Part shown: piece after piece, positions 1 through 6,994 of the stretch
How positions within the stretch are numbered: the first letter of the stretch is position 1
Layout: every line of letters begins with the position of its first letter
IMG/VR virus record: IMGVR_UViG_3300033512_000173
Location: 1 to 30,280 of that record
Reading direction: 5' to 3' (one strand)
Source of the DNA: a virus
Taxonomy: Duplodnaviria > Caudoviricetes
DNA: 30,280 bases
Position numbers and translations under genes: made by a program
Notes under the pieces: model-generated
The model's database searches: none
Seen by the model: the letters and a program-made list of their open reading frames with translations, nothing else
Told to the model about the DNA's origin: nothing

Positions 1-1
1 A

Positions 2-64
2 AAAGAAACAGGGAAAATCGAAAAGACTGGGGTGTACAGGTATAAGCCAAAAAGCGGAGGTTAA
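2..64 (+). CDS. 3' end of a probable replication-initiator paralog (partial)
   Basis: Frame 2 reads KETGKIEKTGVYRYKPKSGG*, resembling the C-terminus of 1966..2823 (KEVAQNIPKTDVYQFNP). It also sits directly upstream of a paralog of 2820..3251. Confidence 0.5.
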   Translation, partial: KETGKIEKTGVYRYKPKSGG

Positions 65-67
65 AAC

Positions 68-505
68 ATGAAAACTGTTGAAGAATTTATGATTGAGATG
101 GACGCCTATTTTGGCGGTTTTTCAAATGACGCTGTAATTAAAGATTATGAGGAAGAGTTACAGTTCGTTTCACCTGAGGATTTAGGAGCTTTATTAAAGC
201 AAATTAAAAGAAATACACCTGTTGCATTCAAACCAGATATTAAGGCACTTTATGAGGCAATCAAAGATGCAAATATAAAAATACTTGATGAGCCACATTT
301 AGAAAAGCTTTGTCCGAGTTGTAAAAAGAGGTGGTACACATCGGGAATTTGTCCTAGCTGTTGTTATGATCCCGGGGGTAAAGATACACCAGAGGAATGG
401 CGAAAGTTTGTTCTCGATTATCGTGAGGGTAAAGTTCCTCATTTCAATGTTGCAGAAATGTTATCTTCCTTGTGTAAAAACAAACAAGCGGGAGTCGTTT
501 TGTGA
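68..505 (+). CDS. Zn-ribbon protein, putative replication accessory (helicase loader/inhibitor-like); paralog of 2820..3251
   Basis: GGAGG RBS; CPSC...GICPSCCYDP motif; aligns without gaps to 2820..3251. Confidence 0.75.
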   Translation: MKTVEEFMIEMDAYFGGFSNDAVIKDYEEELQFVSPEDLGALLKQIKRNTPVAFKPDIKALYEAIKDANIKILDEPHLEKLCPSCKKRWYTSGICPSCCYDPGGKDTPEEWRKFVLDYREGKVPHFNVAEMLSSLCKNKQAGVVL

Positions 506-717
506 AAAGTGATATAGAAATGCATGCCATAAATTATCGAGATGGAACTAGCGAAAGAAATTGTCAGCGTTGTGTTTATATAAAAATAAAATTGGCTACT
601 GGGTTGCAATGTTGTTATTACGATCTTCCAACCAGTATTGGGAAATGGTGTAGCTTGGGATTATTACCGTTAAAGCAGGAAGGTTGCGTACCAATAGCGC
701 AGGGCGAGTTGTTTTAG
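502..717 (+). CDS. Small Cys-rich hypothetical protein
   Basis: GTGA overlap with the upstream stop; CxxC, CC and further Cys residues; C-terminal QGELF resembles a sliding-clamp-binding QxxLF motif. Confidence 0.6.
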   Translation: MKSDIEMHAINYRDGTSERNCQRCVYIKIKLATGLQCCYYDLPTSIGKWCSLGLLPLKQEGCVPIAQGELF

Positions 718-720
718 GGA

Positions 721-788
721 TCTTAGACTGAACAGTGATGCAGTTGTTAGATGGATTCTTTAGCCGTAAAACAAGTTTTACGGACACG
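721..788 (+). repeat. 68-bp dispersed repeat, copy 1 (cassette upstream site + leader hairpin)
   Basis: 52/68 identical without gaps to 30116..30183; hairpin CCGTAAAAC-AA-GTTTTACGG at 764..783. Confidence 0.9.
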
Positions 789-1065
789 AACTAAACCAAG
801 GAGAAAGAAAATGGAAAAGAGATTAGCGAACCTCAAGGAATTGCTGGCGGTACAAGGTTGCGATGGTAATTGGAACTATGACCAGTACATGAGAGGTATG
901 TATAACGGGATGGAATTGGCTGTTGCTGTTTTAGAGGGACGGAATCCTGTTTATCGGGATGCCCCCAAAAAGTCATTTACTAAATGGTTTAAGCGTACTT
1001 TCCATAAGCCACATCTAACAACTGCTTCAACGTCGACAAGCTAACGCTTGCGAGTTAAGCAAATG
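747..1065 (+). mobile_element. Integron-type gene cassette (single ORF + attC)
   Basis: Begins G|TTAGATG (746..753), the exact complement of CATCTAAC (1012..1019); ends with an attC at G|TTAATC (1065). Confidence 0.8.
811..1044 (+). CDS. Cassette-borne hypothetical protein (77 aa, GNWNYDQYMRGMYNG motif)
   Basis: AGGAG RBS at 799..803 favours ATG 811 over 751. The tail HLTTASTSTS is encoded by the attC left arm and the stop lies in the attC loop. Confidence 0.8.
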   Translation: MEKRLANLKELLAVQGCDGNWNYDQYMRGMYNGMELAVAVLEGRNPVYRDAPKKSFTKWFKRTFHKPHLTTASTSTS

Positions 1066-1071
1066 TTAATC
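1013..1071 (+). other. attC: attC recombination site (59-base element)
   Basis: R'' ATCTAAC, 5-nt spacer, L'' CTTCAACG with extra C, CAAGC/GCTTG stem with TAAC loop, L' AGTTAAG, 5-nt spacer, R' GTTAATC. Confidence 0.85.
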
Positions 1072-1100
1072 TTGACCACAAAGTAAAAAAGTGATACTGT
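1072..1100 (+). promoter_or_regulatory. Sigma70-type promoter
   Basis: TTGACC-17-TACTGT with extended -10 TG. Confidence 0.65.
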
Positions 1101-1103
1101 TAA

Positions 1104-1200
1104 TAGTCGAGATTGACTACGGATGCCTACCACTATCCGCGGTCAATTTGGAATCTTGAGCCGGTTTAGCGTGTGGTAGCGCAAGACCGGCTTTTTTATT
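1104..1200 (+). promoter_or_regulatory. Structured leader / attenuator with complementary loops
   Basis: Hairpin ATTGAC/GTCAAT + CGGAT/ATCCG with loop CTACCAC (1127..1133). Terminator AGCCGGT/ACCGGCT + T-run with GTGGTAG (1173..1179) in its loop. Confidence 0.7.
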
Positions 1201-1216
1201 TTACAAGGGGTGTAAA

Positions 1217-1783
1217 TTGACAGTTAAACAAATTGCAGAAATTGCAGGCGTATCTCAAAGAACGGTTAGAAGAATAGCCGAAACGCAAGTAGGTTTTGTT
1301 TTCGAAAAAGGTAAAACAGCACACTTTACAGAGAAAGAATCCATCGAAATTATGGGACTTTTAAGAAAGCAAGGGTTTATACAACATGTTCAAAATGCCG
1401 ATGTACTTAGGCAAAATGCCGATGTACCTGTCCAAAATAACCAAGTTGATAGGTTAGATCGTCTTGAATCTTTAGTAGAAAAACTTTTATTAGCCGTTGG
1501 AAACATGATGCTAAGTCAAACTACTCAACAACTAGACAGAAAAGCTCTTCCAGCGCCTCAATTAGACCCTAGATCAACAATAATTAAGCTTGTAAACGAA
1601 TATATATCAAGAACAGGCACGGCTCATAAAGATGCATATATGATGCTTTACAGGGAATTCGGGTACAGAACGCATTGTAATGCAGTTTTAAGCGCAAAGA
1701 ATCGAGGTATGAAAATAATTGACTATATCGACAGCGAGGGACAAATAGAGATTCTTGAAGCAATAGCAAGAGAAATATTTTAA
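1217..1783 (+). CDS. HTH DNA-binding protein, antirepressor-like
   Basis: TTG start with AAGGGG RBS; N-terminal HTH (TVKQIAEIAGVSQRTVRR), coiled coil, and a C-terminal domain reminiscent of phage antirepressors. Confidence 0.65.
   Translation: MTVKQIAEIAGVSQRTVRRIAETQVGFVFEKGKTAHFTEKESIEIMGLLRKQGFIQHVQNADVLRQNADVPVQNNQVDRLDRLESLVEKLLLAVGNMMLSQTTQQLDRKALPAPQLDPRSTIIKLVNEYISRTGTAHKDAYMMLYREFGYRTHCNAVLSAKNRGMKIIDYIDSEGQIEILEAIAREIF
1391..1438 (+). repeat. Direct repeat CAAAATGCCGATGTAC x2 (+ partial), 21-bp period
   Basis: Copies at 1391..1406 and 1412..1427; partial CAAAAT at 1433. Confidence 0.8.
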
Positions 1784-1790
1784 TAATATA

Positions 1791-1819
1791 TTGATAAAAC
1801 TGTTTAAGCGTGCTACAGT
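1791..1819 (+). promoter_or_regulatory. Sigma70-type promoter
   Basis: TTGATA-17-TACAGT with extended -10 TG; same design as 1072..1100. Confidence 0.65.
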
Positions 1820-1825
1820 ATAAGA

Positions 1826-1953
1826 GTCAAGGCGGCAATCTTGACAAAAAGATTCCGTACAGGGAATAATTTCAGAGCCTTTATTGAATCTATGACGTTA
1901 CCTGTACAACGTCTTAACCTTGCCGGGGGATTCAATAAGGGCTTTATTTATTT
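1826..1953 (+). promoter_or_regulatory. Structured leader / attenuator with two complementary loop pairs
   Basis: Loops CGGCAA (1833..1838) and GTACAGG (1857..1863) are complementary to TTGCCG (1920..1925) and CCTGTAC (1901..1907), which lie inside a 15-bp stem (1876..1890/1929..1943) followed by a T-rich tract. Confidence 0.75.
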
Positions 1954-1965
1954 GGAGTGCAAAGA

Positions 1966-2823
1966 ATGGCAAAAATTGATATCTGGATGCCTATTTACAT
2001 AGGCGATTATCTAGGCGATACAATAGAATTATCAGCCGAAGAACATGGGGCATATTTACTTTTGTTAATGCATTATTGGATTAAAAAGGGTGAAATTGGA
2101 TGCGACATTGAAAGACTTTCAAGGGTTTGCAAGTCAGATATTAAAACCTGTAGCTTTATTCTAGGTTATTACTTTACCCTAGATAACGGTAAATATAAAA
2201 ATAAGAGAGCTGATATAGAAATGGTAAATGCAGAAAAAAGACGCTTAATATCCTCTGTAAACGGTAAAAAAGGGGGAAGACCTGCCAAAAATAACCTGCA
2301 AGAAAGCTATGGGTTATCTTCCGGGTTATGTGCAGGTAACCTGCAAGAAAGCTCTTCATCTTCATCTTCATCTTCATCTTTACCAACAACAACACCTTTA
2401 AAACCAGTAAGAGAGGAATCGCTCACTCATGAAAATCCAGTAACCTTAAATGATGGGAGCAAGAGACTTTCAAAAGCTCAAGGGGCATGGAACTATGCAC
2501 AGTTAAAACCAGCTTCAAGAATAATGCCGGTTCAATTCAAGCCGGATGATCTTTCGGGATGCCTTGCGGTTTTACAGGTATATACTGACACAGAGATTCA
2601 AGACGCTATCACAAACTATGCAGAAATTAAGAACAGCCCTGATTATGAAATAGGGTTTGAATACGGTTCTTTTCAAGGATTTATGAAAAGCGGTGTTGAG
2701 AAGTTTATAAAAGACTCTGACCCCTGGGATAAATTCAGGAAAGAAGTTGCTCAAAACATCCCTAAAACCGATGTTTACCAGTTTAATCCAAACGATTTTG
2801 ACGAAGAAGGGAATCTAAAATGA
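1966..2823 (+). CDS. Phage replication initiator, YdaU/DUF1376-like
   Basis: N-terminal WMPIYIGDYLGDT..LSAEEHGAYLLLLMHYW and NGKKGGRP motifs; Ser-rich linker; GGAG RBS supports ATG 1966. Confidence 0.8.
   Translation: MAKIDIWMPIYIGDYLGDTIELSAEEHGAYLLLLMHYWIKKGEIGCDIERLSRVCKSDIKTCSFILGYYFTLDNGKYKNKRADIEMVNAEKRRLISSVNGKKGGRPAKNNLQESYGLSSGLCAGNLQESSSSSSSSSSLPTTTPLKPVREESLTHENPVTLNDGSKRLSKAQGAWNYAQLKPASRIMPVQFKPDDLSGCLAVLQVYTDTEIQDAITNYAEIKNSPDYEIGFEYGSFQGFMKSGVEKFIKDSDPWDKFRKEVAQNIPKTDVYQFNPNDFDEEGNLK
2292..2379. repeat. Iteron-like repeats inside the initiator gene (putative origin)
   Basis: TAACCTGCAAGAAAGCT at 2292 and 2337; inverted GGGTTA half-sites at 2311 and 2323; palindrome TGCAGGT-A-ACCTGCA 2331..2345; then (TCTTCA)n. 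Confidence 0.6.
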
Positions 2824-3251
2824 AAACAGTACTAGACTTTATGACAGCCTTAAATGACTATTTTGATGGGTTAAAGAACAAGACCGTTTCAAGCCTGATT
2901 ATGCAAGAACTGGCATATATTAAGCCCTCTGATCTTGATAAACTGTTTAGACAGCTTATAATTTCACAGCCTGCAAGCTGGAAGCCGGATCTTAAAGCCA
3001 TAATTGAATCAATCAAGGCAGCAAAGATTATACCGCTTCAAGAGCCTGGACAAGAAGAAGCTTGCCCTGTATGCAATGAAGTCAATCATAGTTCTGGAAT
3101 ATGCCGAAACTGTTGCTATGACCCTTCAAGAGATGGCACTCCAGAGCAATATCAAAAATGGTGGACAGACTGGAAAGCAGGGATTGAACCTCACTACGAC
3201 ATAAAAGACGTTCTTTCAGGGATTGAACGGAAAATTAAAATACAGGTTTGA
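2820..3251 (+). CDS. Zn-ribbon replication accessory protein; paralog of 68..505
   Basis: ATGA overlap with the initiator; CPVC...GICRNCCYDP. Confidence 0.75.
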   Translation: MKTVLDFMTALNDYFDGLKNKTVSSLIMQELAYIKPSDLDKLFRQLIISQPASWKPDLKAIIESIKAAKIIPLQEPGQEEACPVCNEVNHSSGICRNCCYDPSRDGTPEQYQKWWTDWKAGIEPHYDIKDVLSGIERKIKIQV

Positions 3252-3276
3252 CAATGTATAAAAACAGTGGTATGTT
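3248..3276 (+). promoter_or_regulatory. Sigma70-type promoter for the packaging operon
   Basis: TTGACA-17-TATGTT with extended TG; ATG follows 6 nt later. Confidence 0.7.
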
Positions 3277-3282
3277 AATAAC

Positions 3283-3795
3283 ATGGTAACAAAGAAAGCA
3301 CCGGTTAAAAAGGTAGTGGCAAAGAAAAAGGCTCCAGTTAAGCCGAAATACGACAAGGCAGGTCAACCTACCAAGTATAGGCAAGAGATGTGTTTAAAAG
3401 CCTATGAGCTTGCTTCACAGGGCTTTTATGATGCCATTATTGCAAAAGAATTAGGAATTAATGCAGATACCTTATATGCTTTTAAGAAAGATCACAAGGA
3501 ATTTTCCGAGTCCATCAGGCTAGGGAAGGAAGTTGCAGACAATAAAGTTGAGTTGACTTTGTACGAAATGGCACTTGGTCACAGCCATGTAGTAAAAAAA
3601 CCGATGGTAGTAGGTGACGGTTTAGGGGAATCTCATGTTGAAATTGTTGAGTATACCGAAAAATTACCGCCAAACATGCATGCTATTGTTTTTCACCTCA
3701 AGAACAGAAAGCCGAAAGAATGGCGTGACAAACAAGAAATTACGCAAGAAACGACACTCGAGATCAAACACACGTTTGATCCAAAGGGGATTTAA
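3283..3795 (+). CDS. terS: Terminase small subunit
   Basis: GQPTKY motif, HTH (IAKELGINADTLY), HKEFSESIRLGK and FHLKNRKPKEWRDK, typical of HTH-type TerS. Confidence 0.85.
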   Translation: MVTKKAPVKKVVAKKKAPVKPKYDKAGQPTKYRQEMCLKAYELASQGFYDAIIAKELGINADTLYAFKKDHKEFSESIRLGKEVADNKVELTLYEMALGHSHVVKKPMVVGDGLGESHVEIVEYTEKLPPNMHAIVFHLKNRKPKEWRDKQEITQETTLEIKHTFDPKGI

Positions 3796-3902
3796 TGAAC
3801 AAGTTTATTCAAGATGTATGGACAACGATAATCGGGGGAGTGATAGGATTGATTATTTGTTTAATAATTCAATGTGCTATTAAATATTTAACAACGGTTT
3901 AA
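3795..3902 (+). CDS. 35-aa membrane peptide
   Basis: TAATG overlap with terS; MNKFIQDVWTTIIGGVIGLIICLIIQCAIKYLTTV. Confidence 0.55.
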   Translation: MNKFIQDVWTTIIGGVIGLIICLIIQCAIKYLTTV

Positions 3903-3912
3903 GGGGTATAGT

Positions 3913-4443
3913 ATGGGTTATAAAAGAGCAACGGCAAAAGAAATAATTAAACAGAACGGAGCTTGCAAGGGGATAAGCTGCAAAAATATAATAAATCAAC
4001 CAATGTGTGTATTAAAAAAGTTTTGTGAGACTCCAGCTAGATCAAAGTGTGAGCGCATTGTTAAGGCTCATGATTGGCTTGCAAACCATCCAAAGAAAGG
4101 CGAAGAATTAAAGATTGGCACAGATAGAAATACAGATAAACTTGATTCTTATGTGCAAGAAAAGCCACAAAGAAACAACAAAGCCCTGCTTGAATCGCTT
4201 AATAAAGCGGTTACTGAAAGGCTTGATGACCCAAAGAATGTAGAAAAGGGCGAGTTTCCTAAACTTATGGGAATTGTTATTGACGGCATAGATGAAGAAT
4301 ATACTGAAGTTATTTCAGAATGTTCTAAAGCTATTGAAACAGGAAAGCTTATAAGTAAAAGACTCAGGGAAGAACTAGCAGACCTTGCAACCTTTTGCGC
4401 ATTTGGAATAGTTTTGTGCGATAAAGAAAAGGGGACGAAATGA
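3913..4443 (+). CDS. Hypothetical protein (N-terminal Cys cluster; C-terminal EELADLA helix, MazG-like motif)
   Basis: AAGGGG RBS; EEYTEV...LREELADLATFC resembles the ExxE...ExxD all-alpha NTP-pyrophosphatase pattern (weak). Confidence 0.6.
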   Translation: MGYKRATAKEIIKQNGACKGISCKNIINQPMCVLKKFCETPARSKCERIVKAHDWLANHPKKGEELKIGTDRNTDKLDSYVQEKPQRNNKALLESLNKAVTERLDDPKNVEKGEFPKLMGIVIDGIDEEYTEVISECSKAIETGKLISKRLREELADLATFCAFGIVLCDKEKGTK

Positions 4444-4826
4444 ACATTTTTATTTTAGTAATTGTTGGACTGGTTGTTTTCTTACTTATTTCACTAGGGA
4501 TAGACTTTACAAGGTTTATACAAGGGAAAAACAAGGAAGCTGAAAGTAATGACCCTCAAGGGTTAAAATGTGACTCAGGCGGGGTTTTATTCGTACAGGG
4601 TAATAAAACATATTACAATATGCCAAAAGGTGAACGCCGGTTAATTGCTGAATATGCAATGGACTTAACACCTGGTAGCCGTGACATGAATATGTTTTTG
4701 GCAACTATGGAGCAAGCACGCAAGGAAAAGATAAACGAAGCACGAAATGAGAGGAAAGAAGCTAAGTTGAGAATGGAAACCGTTGCCAAAGATGTTTCAC
4801 GTGAAATAAAGATGAGTAAAAGATGA
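4440..4826 (+). CDS. Membrane-anchored hypothetical protein
   Basis: N-terminal hydrophobic helix; ATGA overlaps on both sides. Confidence 0.7.
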   Translation: MNIFILVIVGLVVFLLISLGIDFTRFIQGKNKEAESNDPQGLKCDSGGVLFVQGNKTYYNMPKGERRLIAEYAMDLTPGSRDMNMFLATMEQARKEKINEARNERKEAKLRMETVAKDVSREIKMSKR

Positions 4827-5257
4827 TAGCCGAAACTATCAACAACGAAATTCCGGTTTACACTTTCTGGCAAAAGATACACCGCTTCTTTCTTTTCTGG
4901 ATAGAAACATTCAAACACCCGAAAAAACTGGTATTAACTCAAGAACAGGCGGAATACATTGAAAGCCTTTTTATGGGCGGTAGTGACCCCGAAGCCATTG
5001 CAAGGGCAATGAATAGCCGTTGGGGTAGGGAAACATGGCTATATTTTCAGACCTTTGACGATCTTCCGGGGCGTTTTGTATTCAAGCCAGCCGATTTTGA
5101 GGTCGATGGGCTTGAATACCTCTGGTCAGCTATGCAGGCACAAGGGGCACTTGTCAAAAAGAAAGATGGGCTTTATTATCAATGTGATCACCCTATGGTG
5201 AAAAAACTTGCAGGGATTGCCGTAAATGCTCCAGTCCCTCAAAAAAAGGAAGTTTAA
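4823..5257 (+). CDS. Hypothetical protein
   Basis: Coupled ORF in the operon. Confidence 0.7.
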   Translation: MIAETINNEIPVYTFWQKIHRFFLFWIETFKHPKKLVLTQEQAEYIESLFMGGSDPEAIARAMNSRWGRETWLYFQTFDDLPGRFVFKPADFEVDGLEYLWSAMQAQGALVKKKDGLYYQCDHPMVKKLAGIAVNAPVPQKKEV

Positions 5258-5260
5258 AGC

Positions 5261-6982
5261 ATGAAAAAAGGTTATAAAGCAATCCCTGTTGATGCATGGA
5301 TTATATCAGCAGCGGAATTTCTATCTATTTTGTCTTGGTGCGGTGCTACTGAGTACAGCATAACAGACTCAACTCTAGTTCTAGGTGATACTCAGGGCGG
5401 TATCGGGGATTACGTTGTAAAAGACGTTGAGGGTAATTTCTCAGTTTGGGAAGATGTAGACTGGTTAAAGTACAATGCTTTGACCGATGGCTATAATATT
5501 TCAGCATTACGTAGACCGTCAACTCAGTCGGTAAACATGACAGAAGCTTCTGCCGGTAGTACAGGTATTACCATTGCCGATAATGCAAACCTTGATTTTG
5601 GGACAGGTAATTTTGCAATTGCTTTTACCGGAGCGCTTGATTCTTGGGAAGAAGGATCCCTTCTTGTACAAAAGTGGGTAACAAACGTAGGCTATAAGCT
5701 TAGTATTCTTGCAGCAACAGGGCGTATTCAGCTAAAACTTAACACTGCTGACTATTTTTCCTCAGAAGCTCCAGACCTTGAAGATGGAACCAGTCATACC
5801 ATAGTTGCCGTTGGAACCGTTGGAATCACGAATACAACAGTCGATTTTTATGTAGATGGCGAGATTCTCGGCGTTCAACAGACTGCTTTGAATCCGGGAA
5901 CAGTATCAAATGCGGCGGCTATTTATTTCTTAGGTGATAGCGCAGCAAGAACAGCCGGGCAAGTATCTTTTGTTGCTTTATTCAGTAGGGCGTTGACAGA
6001 AAGCGAAGTTTTAGACCTTTACCGAAACGGAATCAATTATACAGACAAATGGGCTTCATCCTCGGCGGTTTATACAAGTAATTTCAGCGCAACGGATGAC
6101 GGTTGGACAGCTTCGGCGGGTGCAGTTGCCGGAAACGTTGACGGTATAGCCGGGGAAGATGACTGGTTGAGTTTGACGGTTGATAATACAAACGCCGAGC
6201 ATTATACCGAAAAAGCACTAGGTTTAACCGTTGGAAAGAAATACACTTATAATTACAAGTTTTTCTTGCCCGGTACTAATACCGCCGTAAATGGACTTCG
6301 TTTCTTTGCCAGCGATGGTGTTACACCGTATTCAAATATCCTTGGTGGTATTAACCTTCCACAGTCAGGAAGTTTCTTGGTTGATGATGTTTCTCAGGGC
6401 GTGCGTATTTATTTATACAACGGCGGGGATATTGTATTCGAGGAAGCCACAGGAACAGACGTTGCTTATGTAAAGGGAATAGTTGTAACCGAGGAAGGGG
6501 CAAGACTTGCACTACAACCAGAGGGAATACAAATTGACAAATGGTACGATGCTTCAAGCAATGGGTTAAACGCAAGCTATCCAGTCGACGGAGCGTCTTT
6601 GGTAGTTCCCTTGTCTGCAAGAACGAAACAGCCAACACCAACAGCCGAAACGACTGGAGCAGTTACGCTTACGATAGCGAGACTGTTGACCGGTATCATA
6701 ACAGGGACCCCGGATTCACCAAGAGCTTACACTCTTGACACAGGAGCCAACATTGACGCACTTAACCGGTTTAATATAGGCGATTTTATTGACTGGGTTA
6801 TCATAAACAACGATACAACAGCAATAAACATAATTACTGTTACGGCGGCGGCAGATCATACAGTCGTAGGTGTAATGGATGTTGCAGCGAATAATGCACT
6901 AACCGGCGCATTGTGGGGAAATTCGGCAAGATTTAGAACCGTAAAAACAGGCGTTGCAACTTACGTTACATACAGAGTTTAA
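5261..6982 (+). CDS. LamG/concanavalin-A-like domain virion protein (decoration or receptor-binding)
   Basis: LDFGTGNF, H.IV....FYVDG, ALFSRALTESEV.DLY LamG signature; beta-rich carbohydrate-binding-like segment; Thr-rich C-terminal domain. Confidence 0.7.
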   Translation: MKKGYKAIPVDAWIISAAEFLSILSWCGATEYSITDSTLVLGDTQGGIGDYVVKDVEGNFSVWEDVDWLKYNALTDGYNISALRRPSTQSVNMTEASAGSTGITIADNANLDFGTGNFAIAFTGALDSWEEGSLLVQKWVTNVGYKLSILAATGRIQLKLNTADYFSSEAPDLEDGTSHTIVAVGTVGITNTTVDFYVDGEILGVQQTALNPGTVSNAAAIYFLGDSAARTAGQVSFVALFSRALTESEVLDLYRNGINYTDKWASSSAVYTSNFSATDDGWTASAGAVAGNVDGIAGEDDWLSLTVDNTNAEHYTEKALGLTVGKKYTYNYKFFLPGTNTAVNGLRFFASDGVTPYSNILGGINLPQSGSFLVDDVSQGVRIYLYNGGDIVFEEATGTDVAYVKGIVVTEEGARLALQPEGIQIDKWYDASSNGLNASYPVDGASLVVPLSARTKQPTPTAETTGAVTLTIARLLTGIITGTPDSPRAYTLDTGANIDALNRFNIGDFIDWVIINNDTTAINIITVTAAADHTVVGVMDVAANNALTGALWGNSARFRTVKTGVATYVTYRV

Positions 6983-6994
6983 AAGGGGAACAAA

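Noticed and set aside
721-788. Repeat pair as a CRISPR array or terminal repeat
   Set aside because: Only two copies 29 kb apart, 76% identical, with different flanks; no spacer periodicity.
751-810. N-terminal extension of the cassette ORF (start 751)
   Set aside because: No RBS at 751 and it overlaps the non-coding repeat; AGGAG precedes ATG 811.
2353-2379. (TCTTCA)n as a phase-variable contingency locus
   Set aside because: The hexamer unit keeps the frame; poly-Ser linkers are usual in these initiators.
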